Source of the DNA: a virus
Taxonomy: Duplodnaviria > Heunggongvirae > Uroviricota > Caudoviricetes
DNA: 31,925 bases
IMG/VR virus record: IMGVR_UViG_2917881069_000003
Location: 1-31,925 of that record
Strand: one strand, 5' to 3'
This document shows, in pieces, positions 9,311-18,278 of this stretch (its first letter is position 1; each line of letters opens with the position of its first letter). A model generated the notes under the pieces. The model did no database searches. It saw only the letters and a program-made list of their open reading frames with translations, and was not told the origin of the DNA. The translations under genes were made by a program, and so were the position numbers.

Positions 9311-9454
9311 CATAAAAATAATTATCTGATGTTATTTTTATGTGTCATCACGTCTTTTTTAACTCCAGTTGTTACGGGGAGGACAGTGACTCGTATCAAC
9401 TAAAGTTTGATCTGTAGATAACACTATTTTAAGCAGATACTCATTAAGGCTTGT

Positions 9455-9892
9455 TTATTCTGAAGTCTCCAACTTCATCAAACGACGATTTAAGTCAACA
9501 AAACGTTCCATTAACAAATCCACCTGGCTGACAACAGCACGTAGACACCACCAGAGAAGCTCCTCTTTCCGGAAGCGATAACGGCTTCCAGCTTCGGTTG
9601 CAGGGCGAACAAGAACCCTTTCCGCCTGTCGGGTAAGCACACGGGTTGTCCCGCTCAACAGCTCCCCTTCATCCGAATAAATCGCTGGCTGAACCGGAAT
9701 ATCTTCATACTCTTCCGGTATATCTTCGTACTGTGCCTCCTCCGCTTCCCACGAATCCAGACAAAATGCGCTGTATTTCCGCCAGTCCAGACCGTGTTTC
9801 TCCATCACGGCTATCGCGGCCTGGACTGTCGGCCCGGCGTGCAGACGCGCGTCCTCGCCCTCCTCCTCAATTCTCTGTAACCAGCGCCACAC
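9455..9892 (-). CDS. Hypothetical protein (up to 145 aa) directly downstream of tail fibre H; possible tail fibre assembly/chaperone of a non-P2-G type
   Basis: Occupies the position of P2 G but shows no resemblance to P2 gpG as I recall it; acidic, EE/EY-rich. The ORF-track start is a GTG with a poor RBS; the first ATG is 29 codons in (9805), so the start is uncertain. Confidence 0.45.
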   Translation of the reverse strand: MWRWLQRIEEEGEDARLHAGPTVQAAIAVMEKHGLDWRKYSAFCLDSWEAEEAQYEDIPEEYEDIPVQPAIYSDEGELLSGTTRVLTRQAERVLVRPATEAGSRYRFRKEELLWWCLRAVVSQVDLLMERFVDLNRRLMKLETSE

Positions 9893-9960
9893 CCCCGGAA
9901 GCCGTGCTATTTCTGCAAATGCCGCGTTTTCGGCTGCCGTCGCATCGCGCGGTGTATCCT

Positions 9961-12312
9961 TTACGTCGCATCCGACACAACGGTCGGCGAGTTGCAGAGA
10001 TACACGCTCCGGAACGCTTTGTTGGGCGCACCCAGGTCGCTGGTATTGTTAACCGATGGCCGGAATGCGCCGTTAATATCTGTATCCATCTGCATGAATG
10101 CAGTGCCGTCACTACGGGCTGCAATTACATAAGCGTCAGCAGAATCGTCATAAATACCCAGATTCCCGGCTGTTGATACCTGGAAAGCTCCCGCCTTCAG
10201 CGTGGTGCTGATGGCCATGCGCTTCTGGGTTTCGTCATCCGATTTAATATTCACGCCCTGCAGGTATGCCACATTCCAGCGATTTGGCGATGACCCCAGA
10301 TTCATTGCCTTGTCCTGGTCGGGATGAAATGACGGCGAGACCGGACTCAATAATACAGACCAGGTCTCACTGCCATCGGTACAATAAAGCCTTGTGCGTC
10401 CCGCCGACTGAGTATCGTTCATTGAGTAAAGGTTAATCCCGCCACCGCTCAACAAATCCACGTCAGCGCGTATTTCCAGACAATCGTGCACGGCGTTCAG
10501 GCGGTGTTTCCACTGAACGTAGCGGCCTGTGTATTCTCCGGTTCGGAACGCATCCCCGAACAAACGAAAAACAGCAGCAGAAGTGTCTGTATCCGGAGCC
10601 TCCTTTCTGACCTCAAATAACGGGCGATGCGAGCGCAGATTCTGCTCATAGGCTGCCACCTGGAAGTCTTCATTGGGTGACAGGGCTATATTTACAGCAT
10701 TAGGACTCAGAAAAAGGCTGGCATGGCTGTCAGGAAACGCCACGCCGGAGTCCACCAGATAGCCTGTGCCGTCGTAAGCCTCCACGGAAACCACAGCTTT
10801 GCTGCGTTTTGTCGCCACGCCACACGTATAAGACTTCGTGGCATCATATTTCGTTGCAGCCGCCGTTCCATATGCTGTAGGCGTCCAGTAAGATGGATTC
10901 ACCGGAGAACGGCCAGAAAAATTTGTTGCACGTGCTGCAAAGTATGCCCCCTCAAAAGAAACCACATCGGCTGTCTGACACCAGAAATCCATATCGAGCA
11001 GATACAGTTTTCCGTTATGGAGAGCCAGCCCTTCGGCTTCCTGCAAAACGGGATACCCCAGCTCTGCATTCCCCAGCATTTTCTGGCGACCATACCTGGC
11101 ACGAACGCCATCCACATTGAACTGTCTGACAACTTCGCCCGTTGACAGGTTATATACAACAATGCGGTGAGTCAGAAATACGCCTGTATAACCGTAATAA
11201 GCAAACAGATAATGACCATCGCTGGCCATCCCCTGAAATGCCTGCGACACCATTGGCTGGGTGGACAGATAAATCCGGTGTTTAAACGTCAGAGAGGCGC
11301 GATCGAAAACATAAACTGTGCGGCGATCATCCCTGTTGTAATGAAGATGGACGGCCTCATCACCTGACTGAACAATTAACAGGCTTCCGTCTGCCGACAA
11401 TGCCACCGTTATAATTTCATCCCCGGTAAAAAAGTCAGAGGTGAAAATCTCCGTACGGGTGACATCTGTCAGACTGGTGTCAGCCCCATTCCAGTTGATG
11501 ATATTCACACCCTTGCCGTCAGCGGTCGGGGTATACAGCATCACGCGACCGTCTTCACATACAGCCCCGATACTCTGGTGACCAATATCAGCGAAAACGG
11601 GAGAAAACGAAATGACCGTCGGGTTTTCGTTTTCTCCGTCAGGGTTAAATGTCGTTTCAACAATCCTTACGCCACCCGATACAGGCTGATGCAGAAACAT
11701 TCGGGTTCCCTGCGGCGTATCACAGATACAGAACCCCTGGCTCATCTTATCCGCGCCGTCAAAAATCCCGGCGTAGTCAATATCGTGGACAACTTTATGC
11801 TGAAGAACCACATCATCAATGACAGTACGATGAAGACTGGATATGGCTTTGTCGACGTAATCCTGCGTCGCCATCACTGTGCTGGCATCAATACTCAGCT
11901 CAACGGACGCCACGTTACTGACAATAATAACCATGCGGCAGGTCTGCGCACGTCCGGAACCTTCAGCCAGTTCAGGCTTATAGCTTTCCGCCATGTTGGC
12001 GACCGCAATCAGTGTTCCGGCATCGTCATACAGACCAAGCTCACGCATCCAGAAGCCGCCCACATCTGGCGGTACAACCAGTTCAGCCACAATATAGTTT
12101 TTATTCTTATTATCCACGCTGACTTTATTCAGGGCATGACGCCAGACCTCATGCACCAGCTTCGTCTGACCGGCATCCGGCACCGGCAATTTGCCATTAC
12201 CGTCACCCACGGCCATTGCAGACAGGTTTACTTTTTTCCCGCCGGGGACAGTGGCGGCTGCCAGCTTTGCGGCTCCGGCAGTAGTGATAACGGTTTTAAA
12301 TTTCGTGCTCAT
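9961..12312 (-). CDS. H: Tail fibre protein H (783 aa); conserved P2-like N-terminal part (about 160 aa) with a divergent distal region
   Basis: N-terminus MSTKFKTVITTAGAAKLAAAT... matches P2 gpH; the remainder is unrelated to the P2 gpH distal region as I recall it, and the protein is longer than P2's 669 aa. Confidence 0.85.
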   Translation of the reverse strand: MSTKFKTVITTAGAAKLAAATVPGGKKVNLSAMAVGDGNGKLPVPDAGQTKLVHEVWRHALNKVSVDNKNKNYIVAELVVPPDVGGFWMRELGLYDDAGTLIAVANMAESYKPELAEGSGRAQTCRMVIIVSNVASVELSIDASTVMATQDYVDKAISSLHRTVIDDVVLQHKVVHDIDYAGIFDGADKMSQGFCICDTPQGTRMFLHQPVSGGVRIVETTFNPDGENENPTVISFSPVFADIGHQSIGAVCEDGRVMLYTPTADGKGVNIINWNGADTSLTDVTRTEIFTSDFFTGDEIITVALSADGSLLIVQSGDEAVHLHYNRDDRRTVYVFDRASLTFKHRIYLSTQPMVSQAFQGMASDGHYLFAYYGYTGVFLTHRIVVYNLSTGEVVRQFNVDGVRARYGRQKMLGNAELGYPVLQEAEGLALHNGKLYLLDMDFWCQTADVVSFEGAYFAARATNFSGRSPVNPSYWTPTAYGTAAATKYDATKSYTCGVATKRSKAVVSVEAYDGTGYLVDSGVAFPDSHASLFLSPNAVNIALSPNEDFQVAAYEQNLRSHRPLFEVRKEAPDTDTSAAVFRLFGDAFRTGEYTGRYVQWKHRLNAVHDCLEIRADVDLLSGGGINLYSMNDTQSAGRTRLYCTDGSETWSVLLSPVSPSFHPDQDKAMNLGSSPNRWNVAYLQGVNIKSDDETQKRMAISTTLKAGAFQVSTAGNLGIYDDSADAYVIAARSDGTAFMQMDTDINGAFRPSVNNTSDLGAPNKAFRSVYLCNSPTVVSDAT

Positions 12313-12322
12313 TGTTTCTCAC

Positions 12323-12853
12323 TTATCCGGGATAAACAGTAATAACATCACCATCACAGACCACACCGCCTGTATACAGACAGCCGGGAATGTCCTGGAT
12401 AATGTTCAGACCGATAAGGTGGCGACTTGCGGGTTTGGCATCGGCAATAAGCCGTTCCATTTCCAGATACATCTCCTCCGTGATGCCGCTTTCCAGCACA
12501 CCGATATCAAGGCGAAAGGTTCCGGGCGGGTCGTTTGTCTCCCACCATTCCTTTACGTTAATGAGATAGCCGAGCGGCTCCACCACGCGTCGGATTGCGC
12601 CTATAGTGCCCTTATGACAGTGAATGAAATAGGCATCGCGGATAACGGCGCGTTTTGTCGCTTCCGGCCATTTTTCATCCCACCTGTCGACCGAAAACGC
12701 CCACGCCAGCCACGGCAGCAGATTTGCCGGGCAGGTGTCCGGGTTCCACAGTTCACGAATACTGACCGGCGTTTTTTCAATTTCCGCACAGGCTTTTGCG
12801 GCGGCGACTTCAAGCGGTGATGAGCCGGTCGGCAGCAGTCGCGAATCACTCAT
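12323..12853 (-). CDS. I: Baseplate protein I (176 aa)
   Basis: Length and position (J-I-H) as in P2. Confidence 0.88.
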   Translation of the reverse strand: MSDSRLLPTGSSPLEVAAAKACAEIEKTPVSIRELWNPDTCPANLLPWLAWAFSVDRWDEKWPEATKRAVIRDAYFIHCHKGTIGAIRRVVEPLGYLINVKEWWETNDPPGTFRLDIGVLESGITEEMYLEMERLIADAKPASRHLIGLNIIQDIPGCLYTGGVVCDGDVITVYPG

Positions 12854-13755
12854 CCGAGCCTCCGGTCACGACGCTGTATTCGGTGCAGAAAGACGCCTGC
12901 GTACTGTTGAGCACAATGTCGGCCAGTGGTGCGGCCAGCTCGACACGCTGCACGCCTTCCACATGCAAAGCGGCATAAATGGCAGACAGACGGATGTCAC
13001 GCCCCAGCCGGTGCTGTGCCGTGATGTACGCTTCCAGTTTTTTCACGGCAGCAGCGCGGATGGGTTCGCTTTCGGGACCAGGGTAAAGGTAAAGCGTGGC
13101 GTTTATCTGGTATTCAACAATGGCGGCAGACTGCACGGTCACGCGGTCGGCCACCGGCCTGACGTCCTCACCATTAAGGGCGTTGCGCACCACCGCCAGC
13201 AGGTCTTCGGATGCCACACCGTTATTTTCACGTGACAGCACGGAGATGGTGACACAGGCAGGAGACGGACTGGTGACAGAGATATCCGCGACACGCCCGT
13301 CGGCACTGCGACCATGATACTGATAGGCTCCCACCGACCCGGCGACGCTTAAACCTTCAAACGCCTGCTGAATACGCAGACGATAATCGGTGTCAGACTC
13401 CATCACTGCCGGTGTCGGCGGGGATGGTCGAATCATCTGCCGGGGTGATAGTCAGGCGCGTGGTGTTGTAATTGGCACCAATCACATCAAGGTCATTACC
13501 GGCGGCACAGGCCAGCATCACCGCCCGTGCGGCCTCATTCACACGCTGACGCCAGATAAGCTCACGATAAGCATTTTCCTCCAGCAGTTTGACGAGAGGC
13601 TCAGATTCCAGCGTCAGGGTACGGGCGACCGCCTCCTGCTGGTCTTCCGGGTAAAGGGAAATCAGTGTCGCCTTGCGTTCGGCAAGAATGGTTTCAAAGT
13701 CCAGCTCCTCGACCACATCCGGTGCGGGTAGCTGGTTCAGGTCGATAATCGGCAT
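12846..13755 (-). pseudogene. J: Baseplate wedge protein J, interrupted by a 1-nt insertion in a G/C run
   Basis: Two overlapping ORFs in different frames (13393-13755 and 12846-13436) together cover the P2 gpJ sequence. 910 nt is one base more than 303 codons (P2 J is 302 aa). The break is at gggg 13420-13423, where the recalled P2 sequence DDSTIPPTPAVMESD needs one fewer G/C. Confidence 0.7.
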
Positions 13756-13759
13756 GGTT

Positions 13760-14107
13760 TCAACTCACAGGGATGGTTAACGAAAGTGGCTGGCCGGTGT
13801 CGTTGTGCTGGCCGGTTAACGTAACTGTCATTCGCCCGTCAAAGCTGCGCGCCGTGGTGACGGATGACAGGGTGACGCGGGGTTCCCATTTCAGCACCGC
13901 CATGTAACAGGCGACCTTAATCTGCAACTCAAGCGCCGGGGTCTGCGGCTGGTCAATCATTGATGCCAGCAACGAGCCGTAATCACGACGCATCACCCGT
14001 GAGCCGACCGGTGTGCGCAGGATATCGCCGATACTCTGGCTGATATGCTCAAGGTCAGTGACAGTCAGGCCATCACTGCGATTCATTCCGAGATAACGCG
14101 CTGTCAT
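13760..14107 (-). CDS. W: Baseplate protein W (115 aa, gp25/lysozyme-like family)
   Basis: Length and position as in P2; ATGA overlap with V. Confidence 0.88.
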   Translation of the reverse strand: MTARYLGMNRSDGLTVTDLEHISQSIGDILRTPVGSRVMRRDYGSLLASMIDQPQTPALELQIKVACYMAVLKWEPRVTLSSVTTARSFDGRMTVTLTGQHNDTGQPLSLTIPVS

Positions 14108-14745
14108 TTTGTCCCCTGTGTCCAGTTGTCTCCTGACTTAACACCACCGTGACCGTGGTCATCCACCTGAACGCCGTTAGACGTGAATTTCCCGTCGGTA
14201 TGCTCGATGTTGCCGTGCATCTTCCCGCCCTTCTGCACTTCCAGCGTGCCGGTAGTCAGTTTGTTAGTGCAGACCACTTCCGGTGTGTCCAGGGTGATGC
14301 GGGTTGACGCTTTCACCATGACCACCGGCACCGTGGCAGTAACAGAATCAGAAGCCGTCACGCTGGCCGTTTTAATTCCGCTTACCGTGAGTGCACTGGT
14401 TTCGGGTTCATATTCAATCACCGCCCCGTCAGGGAAACGGATATGCAGGGCATCCGCCGACGCAGACGGCGCGGGGTTATCACCGGAATAAATCCCCGGC
14501 AGAACGAACGCCGTGTCGAGTTCACCGCCCACGGCCAGAATCAGCACCTGTTCCCCCACGGAAGGTGCCCACCACGTGCGCGAACGCCCGGCGCGACAGG
14601 TCAGCCACTGAAGCCAGTCGGTGCACATGCCGCCGGTCTGCACACGGCAGCGACCGGCGTTAAGGTCGGTTTCGACGACAAGGCCGGTACGAATCATGTT
14701 GCGCAGTACGCGCGCGAGTTCCTGAATATTTGCGAGAGTGTTCAT
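14104..14745 (-). CDS. V: Baseplate spike/assembly protein V (213 aa)
   Basis: Length close to P2 gpV (211 aa) and position as in P2. Confidence 0.88.
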   Translation of the reverse strand: MNTLANIQELARVLRNMIRTGLVVETDLNAGRCRVQTGGMCTDWLQWLTCRAGRSRTWWAPSVGEQVLILAVGGELDTAFVLPGIYSGDNPAPSASADALHIRFPDGAVIEYEPETSALTVSGIKTASVTASDSVTATVPVVMVKASTRITLDTPEVVCTNKLTTGTLEVQKGGKMHGNIEHTDGKFTSNGVQVDDHGHGGVKSGDNWTQGTK

Positions 14746-14811
14746 AACGGGAAGGATGCCGCCGGGTCATACCGGCGGCAATGTGACGATGAGGTGTCGG
14801 GAATGGCACAA

Positions 14812-15264
14812 CTAACGGTCGAGGTGAGCCAGGATAATCTCTTCAATCATCTGCACATCCTCACCGGTAAAGCCGAGCAGAGGACGCGCCGGATAATCAA
14901 TTTTCTTACCGTCTTTCCGGGTTTCTTCCGACAGACCGAACTGATGCACACTGGCGATTTTCGGCGACTTCCCGCCGTAAAATTCCATTGATGCCTGCTC
15001 CGGGCTGGCGCGGATATGCAAAAAACGACTGGTGATAAGTTTCGCAAACATTTTTCGCTTAACGCGACCGGTCTTTTTTCTGGCGCTCTGCTGCTGGCGT
15101 GGCGCATAGGGTGTGCCGTCCGGGGCTTTCTGTGTCATCACCCGACGCTGCTGACTCTGCCGCAGGCGTTTCGCCAGTTCGGCACTCAGTCGCCGACGCC
15201 CTGACGGTGACAGCGACTCAATAAGTCCGGTCAGCCGGTCTTCAAAACGCTTAAACTCATTCAT
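14812..15264 (-). CDS. S: Tail completion protein S (150 aa)
   Basis: Length and position as in P2. Confidence 0.88.
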   Translation of the reverse strand: MNEFKRFEDRLTGLIESLSPSGRRRLSAELAKRLRQSQQRRVMTQKAPDGTPYAPRQQQSARKKTGRVKRKMFAKLITSRFLHIRASPEQASMEFYGGKSPKIASVHQFGLSEETRKDGKKIDYPARPLLGFTGEDVQMIEEIILAHLDR

Positions 15265-15724
15265 CCCACTTGCTCACCAGTTCGCCATTGATATACAGCT
15301 CCATCGGGCGGGTAACCGGCTCCGGCGGCGGAGGTTCCGGGATATTCTTCACATGCAGCGCGCCGTCCACCTCACTGACCAGCGTGCGCTCGGTCAGCAT
15401 CAGGCTGATGCTGATATCAAAGCTGCTGTCATTGTTGATGTCTGCATAAAACGTGAAGCCCTTTTTCTGGCCTGCGTCGGTGGTCATGATGTCGGGCTGA
15501 TTTTCCCGCAGCCACGCCAGCACCGGCACGATGAGCAGGTCAAAATCACCGGTAAAGTCGGTCACAATGACATTGAGCGTGTAACGCTTTTCGAATGACA
15601 ACGACGCCGCCAGTGTGGAGGCAATACTCCCGTCATCCACGAATATCCGCAGCATCTCGGGACTGGTTTTCAGCACCGTGACGGCATCAGTCAGCGCCCT
15701 GCGCAGGCTGTCGGGTTTGAGCAT
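15257..15724 (-). CDS. R: Tail completion protein R (155 aa)
   Basis: Length and position as in P2. Confidence 0.88.
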   Translation of the reverse strand: MLKPDSLRRALTDAVTVLKTSPEMLRIFVDDGSIASTLAASLSFEKRYTLNVIVTDFTGDFDLLIVPVLAWLRENQPDIMTTDAGQKKGFTFYADINNDSSFDISISLMLTERTLVSEVDGALHVKNIPEPPPPEPVTRPMELYINGELVSKWDE

Positions 15725-15977
15725 CGTTTTCGTCCTGACAGTGTTTAATCATTTTTACCTGGCTGGCACAGCGTGCCAGCGCGTTCTCAAGCTGCCGGAT
15801 ATCGGCACTTAAATCACCGTTCGTCTCCGGGTCACTGCCCGGCATCGGGCAAAGGCTCACTTTCGGGCAGGCGTTGTGGACAATCACTGGCGTCGGTGCA
15901 GGCCGGGCGCTGGTGCAACCGGCGCACAGCATCAGGCAGGCCAGCGCCGTACCAGCGGCGAAAATCTTCGTTTTCAT
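15687..15977 (-). CDS. lysC: LysC, Rz1-like outer-membrane lipoprotein spanin (96 aa), nested in the lysB 3' region in another frame
   Basis: Internal ATG at 15975-15977 (minus) gives MKTKIFAAGTALACLMLCAGC..., a lipoprotein signal peptide with lipobox LCAGC, followed by a Pro-rich region. 96 aa as in P2 LysC. Confidence 0.7.
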   Translation of the reverse strand: MKTKIFAAGTALACLMLCAGCTSARPAPTPVIVHNACPKVSLCPMPGSDPETNGDLSADIRQLENALARCASQVKMIKHCQDENDAQTRQPAQGAD

Positions 15978-16257
15978 TGAGTAACCTCGTGATGGTTTTC
16001 TCGCGCTGTGCTTCACGCTTCGCGGCGTTCTCCAGCTCCTGACGCAGTGCAACCTGCGCCAGCTCGTTTTTGTCTGCCCTGGTGAGCGCAACATGAAGCT
16101 GGTTTCTCAGCATGGTGATGGTCGTCTGCTGCCCGCTGGCGACATTGTTTGCCCTGTCCAGTGAGGTGCGCAGGCTGGCGTTTTTATGCTTCGCCAGAAA
16201 CAGACCCGCCACCGCCAGCGATAACAACACAACCATCACAATCATCAGCTTTGACAT
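15832..16257 (-). CDS. lysB: LysB, Rz-like inner-membrane spanin (141 aa)
   Basis: N-terminal TM helix followed by a coiled-coil, charged periplasmic domain; position after lysA as in P2. Confidence 0.85.
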   Translation of the reverse strand: MSKLMIVMVVLLSLAVAGLFLAKHKNASLRTSLDRANNVASGQQTTITMLRNQLHVALTRADKNELAQVALRQELENAAKREAQREKTITRLLNENEDFRRWYGAGLPDAVRRLHQRPACTDASDCPQRLPESEPLPDAGQ

Positions 16258-16670
16258 GGTTCCCGCCCCTCAAGACGCTGACGGCAGGCCGTATGTATCA
16301 GCCGGAAAAACAGCGACGCCACGAGATAAATCAGCGCGGTAAAAATCCACCCGGCAGCGACCAGCGAGATAAATGTCGCCACCATCACCACCAGAGCTAC
16401 TGCCCGTCTGCGCCACGGCACCGGCTGCAAAAACAGCGACGTGACAATCTTCACGGCCAGTGATTCCGGCGGCAGCTCCCGCCTGTAGCGTTCCAGCACA
16501 TACGCAGTGGCATACACGCCGACACCACCGGCAACCACACAGATAACCGTCGCCAGAATCGCCCAGGCAGCGACAAAATTGACGGCCACGCTCTGCGGGT
16601 AAATCAGGGACAGTGCCAGCATCAGCGCCAGCGACACGTTCAGCATCAGTAAAAGGGATAATTTCTTCAT
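16245..16670 (-). CDS. lysA: LysA lysis-timing membrane protein (141 aa)
   Basis: Multi-TM hydrophobic protein of P2 LysA length and position. Confidence 0.82.
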   Translation of the reverse strand: MKKLSLLLMLNVSLALMLALSLIYPQSVAVNFVAAWAILATVICVVAGGVGVYATAYVLERYRRELPPESLAVKIVTSLFLQPVPWRRRAVALVVMVATFISLVAAGWIFTALIYLVASLFFRLIHTACRQRLEGREPCQS

Positions 16671-16684
16671 GGTGTTTACTCCGT

Positions 16685-17182
16685 TTAAGCCGGTACGCCG
16701 CCAGCGGTACGCCAGACGGTGACCAGTTTTTCCAGTGAATGCTCACGCTGACCGTAACCGGCACCCGGCAGGGACGCCCAGATATTGCGACAGCGTGAAA
16801 TGGCGCGCTCAATGCGTCCCGCCCGGATGTCATCCAGTGCACCGCGTTCGCGGATCAACTGAATGGCGAGTCTGTCCTGTGACAACGGACTGAAATCAGG
16901 CAGGGCAAGCTGTTTGCGGTAATGCGGCCAGAACAGGTAAAGCTGCTGATAGCGACCGGAGGCCGTGGATTTTTCACCGCGACGGTTAAACACCTTCGCC
17001 GGTCGGCCATGGGCGAACGGGTGGTCACTGTAGTCGGTGAAAATTTCCGGCTTTCCGTCCAGTCCGGTGACTATCACGTCATAGCCCCGGTTTTTCGTCA
17101 GCGGATGATTCGCCGTCCCTTCGGACACCGCCAGCATGTCGAGAAAGGCCGCGATATTCTGATGCGTGTTAATTACCGGCAT
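16685..17182 (-). CDS. K: Endolysin K (165 aa)
   Basis: Length and sequence match P2 gpK; position between Y and lysA. Confidence 0.9.
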   Translation of the reverse strand: MPVINTHQNIAAFLDMLAVSEGTANHPLTKNRGYDVIVTGLDGKPEIFTDYSDHPFAHGRPAKVFNRRGEKSTASGRYQQLYLFWPHYRKQLALPDFSPLSQDRLAIQLIRERGALDDIRAGRIERAISRCRNIWASLPGAGYGQREHSLEKLVTVWRTAGGVPA

Positions 17183-17463
17183 TACTGTTTCCCCCTGCCC
17201 TTAAAACGGCGCTGAATGGCAATCTCAATCACCTGATAACCGGCGATACCCAGCATGGAGCCGATGCCGCACACTGCAGGCAGTGACAGGTCAGGAAACT
17301 GCACCAGAACAACACCGGCAACCATCGAGACAAAACCACCGAGCAACATGCGCCCGATAAACAGACGCGGGGTGATGGGTTCACCACCGGCAAGCACCTT
17401 GCCGACAACAATCAGCACCCCAATCATGAAAAGCGACAGGACGCTTTTTTCTTCTGCTGTCAT
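17182..17463 (-). CDS. Y: Holin Y (93 aa)
   Basis: 93-aa hydrophobic protein with charged C-terminus; position as in P2. Confidence 0.85.
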   Translation of the reverse strand: MTAEEKSVLSLFMIGVLIVVGKVLAGGEPITPRLFIGRMLLGGFVSMVAGVVLVQFPDLSLPAVCGIGSMLGIAGYQVIEIAIQRRFKGRGKQ

Positions 17464-17466
17464 GCG

Positions 17467-17670
17467 TTACTCCCACAGATTGACAGTTTCAGCCACGGGC
17501 GCGGTCTGAACGTCGGGCAGTTCGACGGCGGTGCCGTGTGGCAGCACCGCACCCAGTTCAGCCAGTCCCGGATTTGCGGCGAGCACGGTCTCAACCACGC
17601 CCTCAGTGCGCCCGTAATACCGGACACAAATGGCGTCAAGCGTGTCGCCCTGTAGCGCAAAGGTCTTCAT
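17467..17670 (-). CDS. X: Tail protein X (67 aa)
   Basis: Internal ATG at 17668-17670 gives the 67-aa MKTFALQGDTLDAICVRYYGRTEG... product matching P2 gpX; the ORF-track version is N-terminally over-extended. Confidence 0.85.
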   Translation of the reverse strand: MKTFALQGDTLDAICVRYYGRTEGVVETVLAANPGLAELGAVLPHGTAVELPDVQTAPVAETVNLWE

Positions 17671-18179
17671 CAGATTTGACTCACGATGCAGCGCGGCTTG
17701 TCCTGGATGCGCGCCACTGCCCAGCGCATATCCCGCCACAGTTCATCAATGGTGCTGTCAATGCTGTCGGCCTTCTTGTCGCCTTTCGCACTGGCATCCA
17801 CGCCGCGATAACGCTCATAAAGCGACGCGGTCGCCATCGCACACACGGCACGCTCGTAGTAAAAAACTTTGATGCTTTCACCGTCGATGTCGTCCGCCGG
17901 GACGTCCACCAGACGCGTAAAACCGGCAGCAATTTTCTGTTCGCGGTACTCGTACAGCTCCGCATTCGTTTCAGCCATGCCTGACTTGATGGCCTCTCGC
18001 AGACGGGCGGGGGCGACGGTCTGCTCAAGGCGCATACGTTCCCGGACGCGCTTCGGGTCGATATCGGGAAAAAAGAACGTGTTTTTAATCACCGGCTCGT
18101 CGCCTGCCGGTTGCGGGATGACCACCGTACCCTCACCGGACACGGGAGCCTCCTTTCGCGGAATAATCAGCGTCATCAT
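17670..18179 (-). CDS. L: Capsid completion protein L (169 aa)
   Basis: Start at MMTLIIPRKEAP... (ATG 18177-18179) gives 169 aa as in P2 gpL; the ORF-track version is over-extended by 20 aa. Confidence 0.88.
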   Translation of the reverse strand: MMTLIIPRKEAPVSGEGTVVIPQPAGDEPVIKNTFFFPDIDPKRVRERMRLEQTVAPARLREAIKSGMAETNAELYEYREQKIAAGFTRLVDVPADDIDGESIKVFYYERAVCAMATASLYERYRGVDASAKGDKKADSIDSTIDELWRDMRWAVARIQDKPRCIVSQI

Positions 18180-18278
18180 GACTACCTCTGAAAAGTCGGG
18201 CGGTGGACGCCGGTGCAGTGTCAGGTGATTCACCCTCACTGACCGGCGTGCCGCCCTGGCGCGGGGCGCATTCGGTTG

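Noticed and set aside
9646-12820. Antisense ORFs within H, I and the post-H gene (e.g. 9646-10176, 10723-11145, 11578-12342, 12191-12820)
   Set aside because: Shadow ORFs opposite long, well-supported minus-strand genes.
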